Origin: Cyanidioschyzon merolae | Lineage: Eukaryota | NCBI GenBank assembly: GCA_000091205.1 | Contig: AP006491.2 | Length of the DNA stretch: 64,000 nt | Strand: one strand, 5' to 3' | Shown here: positions 43,275-53,916 of the stretch, piece after piece | Layout: the number at the start of each line of letters is the position of its first letter | Numbering within the stretch: the first letter of the stretch is position 1 | Position numbers and translations under genes: made by a program | The notes under the pieces: generated by a model | The model's database searches: none | Seen by the model: the letters and a program-made list of their open reading frames with translations, nothing else | Told to the model about the DNA's origin: nothing

Positions 43275-44270
43275 GTGCGGGTGCTCCCGGAGAACCAGGA
43301 TGTTTTCACAGGTTGCAGTGCGGTGAACGTGTATAGGGTATCAGAGCAAATGTCTGGTTACGCAGTCCGAGAGGACCGCAGTCGTCCTGCGTACGCTTGT
43401 CCAGCGTCCGCGGACTGTGTATACGCGCTGGATGCTGCCACACACTCGGCGAGGCGGAAGCTGCTGTCGTTTGCACAGTTTTGGGCGCATCAGCGTATGC
43501 ACCAGCACCAACCTAACGAAAAAGAAATCGAACAAAGTGTGAAAGGGGTGGAAGCGCGTCCGGCTTGGACCAGGAGCGCTGACGAGGAACGGTGCGCGCC
43601 CTGGGAGCAGCGACTGGACAGGGCTTTCCACTGGAACAACCACGGCCGCGCCGACCTTGACCGGAACGCGTACCTTTACGGGTTAGTTATGGGCGACGCG
43701 TTATATCGCGAGAAGGCGTGGCTATCCGTACGAGGGACAGAATGGGCTCGGACCGCCGACAACGACGAGGTCCGCGGCGTCTACCGAAACATACGTTGTG
43801 ACTGGGCGCCTTGCGGCGTGATGCTGCGTGACCTCACGGAACTAGCAGCACACTGTCTCACGCACCTAGATACCAAGTATCACGTTCCGCAAAGCGTTCG
43901 GACACAGTTTGGTCCAGGACAAGCTGTGGACATCCTCGACGGCGAGATGATCTGGTATCCGGCGCGCATCATAGATGCAAGTCCGGGTCGTTTTCTAATT
44001 CGTTACGACGACGAACAGTGGTCACAGGAAGAATTCGATGAGTGGGTTTGGCGAGACAGTCCCCGCATTGCCCCGCGCGGCTACTACACTGCAAGCAAAC
44101 GAAGTCTTCCGCAGGGCACATATTTGCCTCAGAACAACGCGAATCCTCCGCGAGACGAAGGCAAAACCGCTGCGATAGATGCTGTTTCACAAGGGCGTTA
44201 TCGAGTTAGACATTATACAGGACGAGCAAACCGCAAACGAGCGTTGAATGCTTCCTTTTATCGCCGTTGA
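43275..44270 (+). CDS. Putative chromatin-associated protein: N-terminal-type C2H2 zinc finger (CxWxxC...LxxHxxxH) plus Tudor-knot/chromo-barrel-like domain
   Basis: IRCDWAPCGVMLRDLTELAAHCLTHLD gives the finger pattern seen in JAZF1/AEBP2/ZIC-type first fingers. GQAVDILDGEMIWYPARIIDASPGRFLIRYDDEQWSQEEFDEWVWRDSPRI resembles MRG15/Eaf3-type barrels (VHYKGWKNTWDEWV..DRI). Confidence 0.55.
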   Translation: MRVLPENQDVFTGCSAVNVYRVSEQMSGYAVREDRSRPAYACPASADCVYALDAATHSARRKLLSFAQFWAHQRMHQHQPNEKEIEQSVKGVEARPAWTRSADEERCAPWEQRLDRAFHWNNHGRADLDRNAYLYGLVMGDALYREKAWLSVRGTEWARTADNDEVRGVYRNIRCDWAPCGVMLRDLTELAAHCLTHLDTKYHVPQSVRTQFGPGQAVDILDGEMIWYPARIIDASPGRFLIRYDDEQWSQEEFDEWVWRDSPRIAPRGYYTASKRSLPQGTYLPQNNANPPRDEGKTAAIDAVSQGRYRVRHYTGRANRKRALNASFYRR

Positions 44271-46280
44271 ATTTCGAGCACCCTGCCCTGCTGGCCATGA
44301 AAAGCACTTTTGAGCTGGGATATACCGGGGTTGCTGGCCTAGGAACGCGCAACTGTGGGCTGCTATTCCGCAATGCCACGGAAATGAAGCCGCTGCTCCG
44401 CTCGAAATGATGATTCTCGCAGCGGCACTTGCCACGGGCGAAGAAACAGTGTCGCAGTTTGCGGCATTATGCCGGAATCTCCGGCCGTCCATGAACCACC
44501 GTGGTAAGAAGCAATTATCGGCGCTTTGTTGCCGGTCTGAGCATGAAAGTTTTCATCCAAGGCGGCAGGACTTGCTGGCGTTTTATCACGCGGTTGCGAG
44601 TGAGCCGGCATTGTTCGGACCGCGCGGCGTTGCCGACCGCTGGCATTTCCGCCCCCGCGTCCAAGCTTGAATTTATAACAATTTTCTGCGCCCTGGTGCG
44701 CATCACATCACCACAGCGAGCACAGTCTGCTCAGCCTGAATACGGAAAGTATCCAATTGTCGTCGTGGCATGGTTTGTCGCAAACACACTCAGAGGCAAA
44801 TGCCGGAAATGGACGACAGCTCGAGCCCACGGCATTTGTACTCGACAAAAACGCTGCCGTAGATGTTTTCTCGGGAAGCATGCCTCGCGGGCAAAAACTG
44901 AAACGAAATACGTGACGTAGACGCTACGGAATCGTGAGACGTATGCGCGCTTCACGATGATTGCCTGGCGGTTGGTCATACCCGGACGGGCGACATTGGT
45001 GGCCTCGGGGGATGCACTGCACGTTCGAGCTCTTTCATGCGCGTGTGAGTCGCCTGGACAGTATGATCGGCCCGGTTGCGTCCTGAATACTGTGCAGGGC
45101 GTTACTTGGCAGCGCTTGAAACAATGGATGCCGCGTCTCGCAATGCCGCTGAGCCTACATGTTCTGGGACGAGTCGCTCCGAGGCGCATGGTCCTTGAGT
45201 CCAATACTTGAGGGCAATCGCCTTTCAGAAACGTCTTTACTGCGCTGGCTCCGCAGCTCGATTGCGAGCGAGGCGCTGTTCTGTGGAAAGCACTGAAAAG
45301 AGTGCATGAACTCCCGAAAATGCGAAACAAGCGGCCTGGTACCGCGATAACCCGCCAGGCAAGTACCGACGACAGCCGAGTTGGTGATTCGTACTCTCGC
45401 CCATAGTTTTGCTAACTTTGAGCCCAAATCAGCGGACCGCTCGAGTGCTGCTCGAGTGTCCCGATGCCATGCATTCATCCATCCATTCACGCATCCGACC
45501 GAGTCATCAGCTCTCGTGCCAAGAGCAACGCTGCGAGACGGAAAGTGATGCACCAAATCGCGTTCCACTTGCACCGTCAGGATCGCGAGACAAAGTGCGC
45601 ACGAAGGCTTTCCATAGAAGCTGCGATAACATCAAAGAAGAACTTTTCAGTGCGGACCCGAGAACGTTCAACTTTTTGTGACCGTAGCACATCTGTGCCA
45701 TCAAGGCATCGACTGCGCTCTCTCAGTGCACAGAACCTGAACGATATCTCGTATTCGCCCGCAGGATCAGCTACCTATTAGACCAGATGACATCTCGGCG
45801 GTGGCAGTAACTTATCAAACGCCAACATTTGGTTACATGGTGTGCAGTCGCATACCGCCATAGCAGCAAACGCCACGTGCCCGAGGGATTATCGCATCGA
45901 GCTCGGGGAGCATACGCCATTCGACAGGCAGCATGGATAAAGGAAGACAATCGATCGGCATACAGCCTCGCCTACGGGCACGGCATGTAGTGAACTTTTG
46001 TATCGCGTACCGAGGAGGCGTGCAAGGATCCTAGGGTTCTGGTTGCGCCTCGCGCACTGCACCTGGGGCCGCTTCACGCATCGCGATCAATCGTGTGCGT
46101 GTCGCGAGCGTCGCAGAGGGGGCGTCACGAACTGCTCGTTGCGGGCGTTCAGAGCGTTTTGCATGATGCATCGATTCGCGATACCTCAAGGCGCTGAGTA
46201 GACTCCGCCTCGGCATTGGTTCCCATACCTGGCCTTGCGCAGCAAGCGGATACTGCTATGTAATGCCGTCTACGCTGGCT

Positions 46281-47990
46281 CTACTGGTTCGCCTGAATGC
46301 GATTCTGTGCATCTCTGACTTCCAGAGGCCAATCCACCACGAATACAATGTAGCAAATGTAAAAGAGTGCTAGACATAATTCTCCCATAGCAAATCCTAA
46401 CCAAAATCCATTGACACCCTGACGAAAGACAAATGCAAAGAGCGCTGCTAGCGGAACACACCCCGTCCAGAAACCGAGGAAGCTCGCAAGAGCACCAGTC
46501 CGCTGCTTCCCGATCGATTTGAGAATCCCCACACTCGTGTACTGCAAGCAATCCTGAATTTCAAACAATGATACGAAGAGCGCGGCCTGTGCAGCTCGTT
46601 CGCCGATATAAGCATCATTTGTGAGCAGTCGTGGCCAGCGATCGCGCGTGCTCGTCAGTAGGATCGCAAGAAGTATGCCGGCAACCGCGGCTACCATTAA
46701 TCCCAGGCGAGCGGCGAGTCGTGCTGCCGCTGCACATCCCGCTCCGACCAGATTCCCGACCTGAACGGACACGCCAATATGGATCGAAAGCGGTAGCATA
46801 AAGCAGAAATAGACGGCATTCATAAGAACTGCCTGAGTCGCCACCGCATCTGCCACGGAACGATCTCCCGGATGCGGCGGTAAACGCGCGGCCATAAAGA
46901 GCGTGACTTCAAACGCGCCCCATTCCACGAGCACCCATGCGGTTCCGGGGAGTGCCAAAGCAAGAAAAGGTGTCCATTCTCGCCATAACTCGCGGAAGAG
47001 GGCACGCGGCGCTCCGTCATGAGCATCGTTCCCGGACGCCGGCACTGAAACGTACACCCCAGACGGCGACAATAACGAATGCCAACATTGCTCACCGAGG
47101 CGCCACTTGTACATCACGAGCGCAAGCGTTCCCAGGAGCGCCCACTGACTCAAGGCGAGTGACAGCGCTGCACCGCGGATACCCCAGTGCAGTCCCGGAA
47201 TGAGCACGGTGTGGAAAAGGACGTTGGCAACTGCCGCTACGAGGGTCACCTGAATGATGGGCCTTACGATTCCCTGAGCCTGAAGGAATCGTTTCAGGAC
47301 CTCGTACAGGATCATCGGAACGAGTCCGAGGGTGTACCATCGGCAGAGTGCTGTTGCCAAGGCTACAGTCTGATTACCTGCAGCAGCTGCAGCAGCAGTT
47401 GATAATGATGATGAGGCCGCCGCAGCCGTTTCCGGTGTGAGCAGAGCAGCAAGCACGTGTGGCGCCAGTCCGTTCCAGAGCAGCGCTATTAGTGGTGCAA
47501 CGACGACAAGCTGAATGACAGCACCACGCAGTGCAACCAGCGCCACAGTGCGATAGTCACCGGCTCCGTACGCATTTGCACAGAGCGTATCCAAAGCGGA
47601 GCAGAAGCCCGCAACCAGCGCGTTTCCTGTGATGTTGACCAGTGCCAGACCTAGACCTATCGCAGCGAGAGACTCCGGATCAGTCCAGTGACCAATGAAA
47701 GCGGTGCTGACAAGCGTCAACGACGCCTGGCCAACGTACGAGAGCAACACCGGCAAAGCGAGCTGCGTGATCGACTGGATGAGCTCCAGTGCAGTGCGTG
47801 TACCTCTCTCCGTGCCGGCTTCGTGATCAACCAGCCTCTTCTGGCGAGCGACGGTCGAACGGTCCCCAGTCACTGTAGAGTCCGCTTTGCCGGTGGGTTC
47901 CATTAACGTTGGTTCCAGAGGCCTTCCTTCGTCGACCAGCGGTGGTTCAATCATCAGGCGCTTCTTGGCACCGTGAACCGTGCCGTCCAA
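46281..47990 (-). CDS. MATE (multidrug and toxic compound extrusion) family transporter
   Basis: 12-TM architecture. N-terminal MATE motif LALPVLLSYVGQASLTLVSTAFIGHWTDPESLAAIGLGLALVNITGNALVAGFCSALDTLCANAYGAGDY. Second repeat with FMAARLP and AQAALFVS. Confidence 0.9.
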   Translation of the reverse strand: MDGTVHGAKKRLMIEPPLVDEGRPLEPTLMEPTGKADSTVTGDRSTVARQKRLVDHEAGTERGTRTALELIQSITQLALPVLLSYVGQASLTLVSTAFIGHWTDPESLAAIGLGLALVNITGNALVAGFCSALDTLCANAYGAGDYRTVALVALRGAVIQLVVVAPLIALLWNGLAPHVLAALLTPETAAAASSSLSTAAAAAAGNQTVALATALCRWYTLGLVPMILYEVLKRFLQAQGIVRPIIQVTLVAAVANVLFHTVLIPGLHWGIRGAALSLALSQWALLGTLALVMYKWRLGEQCWHSLLSPSGVYVSVPASGNDAHDGAPRALFRELWREWTPFLALALPGTAWVLVEWGAFEVTLFMAARLPPHPGDRSVADAVATQAVLMNAVYFCFMLPLSIHIGVSVQVGNLVGAGCAAAARLAARLGLMVAAVAGILLAILLTSTRDRWPRLLTNDAYIGERAAQAALFVSLFEIQDCLQYTSVGILKSIGKQRTGALASFLGFWTGCVPLAALFAFVFRQGVNGFWLGFAMGELCLALFYICYIVFVVDWPLEVRDAQNRIQANQ

Positions 47991-50246
47991 ACCCGACTAG
48001 GTCCAAAAGAGGCTTTGGGTGTTCGCGTCAACACCAGAGCTAGTCTCAGTTGAACTGAATGACCTCTATGAACGGCTGCAGTGGTTCGCGGAAACCACGA
48101 CAAGTACGTCGTGAGCGTCGCTGCGGATCGCAGGCAACAAACGACACCTCGATATCATGCAATGTTCGTGTCTCTATGCCGTGTCCAACGCCGCGAGTGA
48201 TACTTCGCTGAAGCTATCTATATCGAGCATTGCATTCCTGCGTACGTCGATGCATACGTAGTACGAGATGCTTGACGATTCATCGCAACATGATCCATGA
48301 ATCTCCGCAGGCCCCAGTGGATACACGAAAGCAGCTCGTAAACGAGGTATCGAGCGAGATTTTTCCCAGTGCAAACAACGTCGACCATATCATTCACTGC
48401 TTTGGATTTCCTGTTCCAACCGGACGAGACCTCGTTTTCCGTCATGGAAGCATCAGGAACAAACACTGAACAAATGCTGATGTCCGTCATTCCGGTACAA
48501 TCCGCCGTTTGCCAGGAAAAGCGCCTTGAGAACACAGCGATCGTACTGAAAAGGTTCGTAATAGAGGCGATGTTCAGGAAAACATCATGTTTTTCGCTGT
48601 AGAACGAATAATTCGATGCGTTGAAGCAGGTGAAATTGTGGAACTGCGATGTGCACCTTTGCAGTGTCCGTCATCACTCCAGGGGAACTAGTACTCGGAA
48701 GACTGCTCGCGGGTGTTCACGCTACAACTTACGAAAGCCTCGTTTCACCGAGCGCATCGGAGAATTGCTTCTGCTTGTTGGACGGGCAAATCCACGGCCT
48801 TCCAGGATTGCATTGCCGAAGTAACGCCGCGCAGAGACTTGCACGTCAACCGTGGTAACCATGACCACAGGCTGACGCTTCCAGTCCGGTATACGATGCT
48901 CGGGGTGAACGCCCGTGTCGCCTTAGCTCGGGGTACCTCGGACCCCGGTGCAACACAGCCAGATCATCCGAACTTTTGTGGAACATCGCAGTAAGTACTG
49001 CTTTTAGGGTAAAGTGCACGGCATCACAGATTTGATGAGGCCAAGTACGATACAAGTAATGCAGAGCGACCTGCGACACACTTCAGGTAGCTCTGTAATA
49101 TCAATGAATCATTTCCCGCCAGACAGCGGACATGCCTGGCGAAGCACGGCGCTCATGGGCGTCCAGTCTCATGACACAGCACAGAGCACAAGGCTTGTCT
49201 GCGAGGCAAGAGGCTCGCCTACTGGACCGATTGGCGCTGCGCCCCGGATAGACATGCGTTCGTATCCGTTGGAGCGAAGCTCCGTGTAGGCGGACACGTG
49301 CGATGGTCGCCTGCCTCGCTTCCGAAAGCAAGCCTGCTTCCGCGGGAATTTCTGCTTCGATTCACTGATCTTGCATATGAAACCAAAGCAATATGCTGCA
49401 TGCTTGAGGACGCACTCGGACTATGCGACATCACGCTGAAGCTTAACTTGTAGGCGGATGCTACATGCAGTGACCCTCATGATCTCACGGATTCGAGTTT
49501 GTATGCATCATGCACGTGGAACAGAACCGGTTCGTTTCTGCTTGCATTTCACAAAGGCATTCAACGGTACCGAGAGCAAGCGCATTTTCCACCCGGTTAC
49601 GCACCCGTGAAAACTGACAGAGCACCAGCGTGTCTGGCATCTCGTGCGTTCACTGGCGGGCGGTAACCACCGGTATACTGCTGCGGCGTTCGAAGGGCTT
49701 CATGGTGCACTAGTGTACGCGGTTTCCTCAAGAGACGTACATCCATGGATCACCGACTAGACGTGCAGAGAACGCGCATACGCTTTCTGGGACGATCAGT
49801 TTGCGATTCACGCCTCCGCCTGGATGGATGTAGCAAGGAGCCGCGCAGGGAGCGCACATCTGCGACCTCGGACGATCATTTTTGCAATACATACCTCCAA
49901 ACATCAAAGCTGCTCGTGTGTCCACCACTAATGAACCGGTTTTTGCCGCGCCCAAAGACCTTCCGATCCAGAAGACATTGCTCGTGCAGCCGCAATACCT
50001 TTACGCTCGTACGCACGATGTGTTCTGCACGAGTAGCAGATGCAACCTGGCTTCGACTTGACGCATCTGTTCTCGATATACGGCTGCGTGCAGGGCTTGG
50101 AAACCGCTACGATTTCATGCATGAGACGTCCTGCGACAGCAACCGAAACACCTTGGCTTCGGGTTGACGTCACTGGTCACCATGGCTGCATGAGCGTGTT
50201 CGCAGCATGTGTGCCCTGCTCTGCACAAGATTCGGAAGCAGGTCGC

Positions 50247-51056
50247 TCAACGTGCACGAGGCCATTCGTCTTCGCTTTGCGGCGCGCTCTTGGACTGAAG
50301 CCCCGTACCGGCGGAATCCGTGCCAACGGATACCACATCCGACTCGGGCGGTGTCGTGGTATCCGTCGTTCCATCAGTGGAGCGTTCGTTGAAAAAAGGG
50401 CCCTCATTGAGCCCTTTTTCGTAGCCAGCTCGAAAAGCTTGAATGCTTTCTCGTAACGCCCGGATGCGAGACTGAACGGCTTGCTCGAGAGACTGTGTTT
50501 CTCCGGGCGCCTCAGCTGGTGCCCCTGTTCTTGGTGCTCCAGCTGGTATCCAAGCTGCCACTTGTTTCCACTGCTCTTTCCAGAGCGGCGAAGCTGCTGC
50601 GCTTGCCGGGTCCCAGCTTCGCACACGTTCGTGCAGACTGCGAAAAGCTCCAGCCCAGTGCGCAGCGGTATCAGCCGGCGCGGCTGAATCAGCAGGAGCC
50701 GCAGTCGGCGCCGATCGAGCTCCGTAGCCCCAGGTACGAAAGTAGATCTGCACAAAGTGTCGCAAGAACTGCCAGCGGTTCTTATGAGTACTCTGTATCC
50801 AGTCCCTGAAAAGCGGTTCGTCGGCATCGAGGTGCTCCTGGGCCGCTAGAGCCCGTGTCTGGCCTCCGCTGGAGCCGTCCGTCGCCGTTCTCCGAACCGT
50901 GAGCGGCTCGTCTTCGTCAAGTGCTCGGTACTGGGCGCGCCATTCCAGGCGATGTAAGCGCCAACGTGCTCGAAGACGTCGACACTGACGTCTACAGAGA
51001 GCGTACGTCTGCAAGCAGCGCTGCTTGACTGCCCGCAGACGGACACGAACCCTCAT
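50247..51056 (-). CDS. Hypothetical protein, 269 aa, with Ala/Pro-rich low-complexity centre
   Basis: Longest ORF in the gap. A second long ORF on the same strand in another frame overlaps it (50177..50827), so a frameshift, intron or wrong-frame call is possible. No family recognised. Confidence 0.3.
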   Translation of the reverse strand: MRVRVRLRAVKQRCLQTYALCRRQCRRLRARWRLHRLEWRAQYRALDEDEPLTVRRTATDGSSGGQTRALAAQEHLDADEPLFRDWIQSTHKNRWQFLRHFVQIYFRTWGYGARSAPTAAPADSAAPADTAAHWAGAFRSLHERVRSWDPASAAASPLWKEQWKQVAAWIPAGAPRTGAPAEAPGETQSLEQAVQSRIRALRESIQAFRAGYEKGLNEGPFFNERSTDGTTDTTTPPESDVVSVGTDSAGTGLQSKSAPQSEDEWPRAR

Positions 51057-51240
51057 AAACTCGAGGGCGCCTCGGGTTCATGAGCGATACTCCAAGGACG
51101 CTCAACGCCAACACCGGCATCGCATCCGAATGGCGCTGCTGCTACTGTTGCTGCATAGGTGCGGAGGCGAATATCTTCTAGCTCCCCGAAATGTTCATCC
51201 AGAGCTGAGTAGCGGCCTCCTGCCGCGCACATGCGTCGTT

Positions 51241-51666
51241 ATGGTTGCGAGTGCTAGTGAAAGTGAAGCTGAAGTGGACCTGTTTGAGGAGAGCGCGAGT
51301 GATCAGGAGCAAGCGCTACCAGTGGCTGAAGCAGAAGCGACGGCGGCGGTACAGCGACTAGTTCCTCACGAGCACCGCCCAGAGGCCCCGCAGTGCTGTT
51401 ACGTTCTGGAGATCGCATTTCAGACACCAAAGCACGCTTCATGGGTGCTTCGCTCCCTCGAACTGGATCCAGAGCTTCGACCTAGACTCGTGGAGAGGCA
51501 CCTTGAGGTCACTGGCAATCAGTTGCGCGTCGCGTTTCGAGGCTGGGACCGCCGCGTTTGTCGCAAAGCCATCAACGCCTTTCTCGACTCGCTACATACT
51601 TCCGTTGACGTCCTCGAACGATTTCAATCAGGAGATAGACCTTGGGAATCCGGGGCTAGTGGTTAA
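51241..51666 (+). CDS. PCC1: KEOPS/EKC complex subunit Pcc1 (LAGE3/CTAG-family)
   Basis: LEIAFQTPKHASWVLRSLELDPELRPRLVERHLEVTGNQLRVAFRGWDRRVCRKAINAFLDSLHTSVDVLERF follows the Pcc1 fold pattern. Start placed at MVASASESEAEV; the ORF in the track begins at 51025. Confidence 0.7.
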   Translation: MVASASESEAEVDLFEESASDQEQALPVAEAEATAAVQRLVPHEHRPEAPQCCYVLEIAFQTPKHASWVLRSLELDPELRPRLVERHLEVTGNQLRVAFRGWDRRVCRKAINAFLDSLHTSVDVLERFQSGDRPWESGASG

Positions 51667-52107
51667 GGAGGCCTGCCAGATGAAGCTTGTCCGGCTTTCG
51701 CGAAACGACGGAGGGATTCGGCGTTTTCGTCGCAAGAGAAGCGATGACACGTAGCGCCAAAGTTTGCCGTCAAGTTGTCGACTGGGGCGCCCAGAAGCAA
51801 GTTTACTGGAGCATCGCGTGATGGATAGAATCCGCATGAATCGCGGAGGAGCCACGTCATAAAAACGGACCAAAATGAGTACCCGTTGGTGGCCCGTGCC
51901 GAGTACCTGCTCGGAGGAGTTTCTCGTATCCAGTGCTTCCGTCCGGCATCGAATGGTCGTGCATCTTCTCCGGCGTACCACATGTTATCTAGGAAGTGAG
52001 AAACAGTCTCTCCGGTTAAGCTTATCGACGTCGGAAACAGACAACGGAAACTGTCTGGTGAGTTCCGCGGCCGCAGCTCCGTATCCATCTTGCCAATCGG
52101 ATACATC

Positions 52108-52656
52108 GGAACCAGTAGCAATCCGTAGCGTTTCCGAGTACACAGGTTGCAATGTGTCATCACCAGTTGGAACCAGTAGCACTCCGTAGCGGTTCCGAGT
52201 ACACAGGTTGCAATGTGTCGTCACCAGTTGGAACCAGTAGCACTCCGTAGCGGTTCCGAGTACACAGGTTGCAATGTGTCGTCACCAGTTGGAACCAGTA
52301 GCAATCCGTAGCGTTTCCGAGTACACAGGTTGCAATGCGTCGTCACCAGTTGGAACCAGTAGCACTCCGTAGCGTTTCCGAGTACACAGGTTGCAATGCG
52401 TCGTCACCAGTTGGAACCAGTAGCACTCCGTAGCGTTTCCGAGTACACAGGTTGCAATGTGTCGTCACCAGTTGGAACCAGTAGCACTCCGTAGCGTTTC
52501 CGAGTACACAGGTTGCAATGCGTCGTCACCAGTTGGAACCAGTAGCACTCCGTAGCGTTTCCGAGTACACAGGTTGCAATGCGTCGTCACCAGTTGGAAC
52601 CAGTAGCACTCCGTAGCGTTTCCGAGTACACAGGTTGCAATGTGTCGTCACCAGTT
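52108..52656. repeat. 61-bp minisatellite, 9 copies (unit ggaaccagtagcactccgtagcgkttccgagtacacaggttgcaatgygtcgtcaccagtt)
   Basis: The repeat shifts by exactly 1 nt per 60-nt line over 9 lines, giving period 61. Units differ only at 3-4 positions (aatcc/actcc, gtttcc/ggttcc, tgtgtc/tgcgtc). Each unit contains the inverted pair GGAACC...GGTTCC. Confidence 0.95.
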
Positions 52657-53088
52657 AACAGTGATCGGCACCCGAGGGCGCTCCCAGGGAGACGTCACCG
52701 GAATGCGCAAACCTCGGAAGCCTCATGGGGTATCTTCAGTTCATGGTCAGAGTGCTACCTGAACTTATACTTCCTTCCGTCGCTGTGCAAAAGCTCGGCC
52801 TTGGCTACGATTTCGAATTAGATGACGCTTGAGCAGGAGCTCTTGTCCAACAACTGCTAGAGGCGCGCGTTGCCTCGACACCTGTCTTGTGTGCTGGTAC
52901 TGGCCCCGCACACGCATTGCCTGGCAACGATACTCGCTCGTGAACTGTGCGATCATGTGATCCAAAGAAAAGACGCAACTCTCTCTCAGTTTTTGCGACT
53001 CATTGCAAGCCTCCTCGTAAGGACTCAGATGATGTCAACCACGCTCTGGCTCGTTCGCTCGCTTGCAAGTACGGCAACGGGCTTTTGC

Positions 53089-53916
53089 TCACATCAGATG
53101 ACACTGATACGCGCTGTTCTCCGCGGCATTCGTGCGTTGTTGGTAGCTGCGGTTCAACTCGAGTTCCTTCGCCGTAAAGAGGCCATTCTGCAGCGCAAAA
53201 TTCTGAAAAAGGCGCTCCTGCTCTGAACGCCACTTTTCGTAGTGAGACCAGCTTACAACCCATTCTGGTATGATTCGTTTCTGCCGCCACTCGAGTACTT
53301 TTCGCAGACGCATTGCCTGCTGGGCCTCAGACACGTCTCCATCCGCAGTCAAAGCTTTCCGACCGGCAAGCGTCCGCCCCTGCTGATGAAGCCGTTCCTC
53401 GAACTGCCGCACATACTGAAGAATGTGGTGGCGGCTCTTCCACTGCGCAATGATTTCATTCAACTCCTGTTTTCCTCTGAAGATCAGAATATCAAGGACC
53501 TGTGGGTCGCGTATATCACTATTGCGCTCGAACTGGTCTCGAATCACCGCTTTAAGCGTGTTATAGTCCTCAGCGAGCGCAAAGTCAATACGCATCTGAG
53601 GAATTTGACGCAGAAATCCCCGGTATAACGCTCGCACTTTAGCCTGGGCCTCCTCCAGCGTAGCTGAGGCATCCACGGTCGCGTCGCGTCCACTGGCTCC
53701 GGTCTCGGTGTAGCTTGGCCGGTTCACACCCCGAGCTCCAACCACAAGCACGGGGTCGGAGCCGTCAGGAGTAACACTACTGGTTGCTGCAGCCCGGCAG
53801 AGGCTCGGGGAAGCAGCAGAGCGCAACCCCGCTGCAGCTCCCTTCTGCAACCTGTTCAAGCTTGGACGCACATGCGCCTGCATCCTGAGCACTACCTCGT
53901 GTTTGCAAAACGGCAC
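53089..53916 (-). CDS. NDUFA6: LYR-motif protein: complex I subunit NDUFA6 (B14) homolog with about 100-aa C-terminal extension
   Basis: AQAKVRALYRGFLRQIP...DPQVLDILIFRGKQELNEIIAQWKSRHHILQY parallels NDUFA6 LYRAWYRQIP...[30 protein letters not shown]. N-terminal presequence-like region. Confidence 0.7.
   Translation of the reverse strand: MPFCKHEVVLRMQAHVRPSLNRLQKGAAAGLRSAASPSLCRAAATSSVTPDGSDPVLVVGARGVNRPSYTETGASGRDATVDASATLEEAQAKVRALYRGFLRQIPQMRIDFALAEDYNTLKAVIRDQFERNSDIRDPQVLDILIFRGKQELNEIIAQWKSRHHILQYVRQFEERLHQQGRTLAGRKALTADGDVSEAQQAMRLRKVLEWRQKRIIPEWVVSWSHYEKWRSEQERLFQNFALQNGLFTAKELELNRSYQQRTNAAENSAYQCHLM

Noticed and set aside
52108-52656. Regular 61-bp repeat array considered as a CRISPR array
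   Set aside because: There are no variable spacers: the whole 61-nt unit repeats with only SNP-level differences. The genomic context is eukaryotic (SNAREs, importin, RER1, organellar presequences). No cas genes are present.
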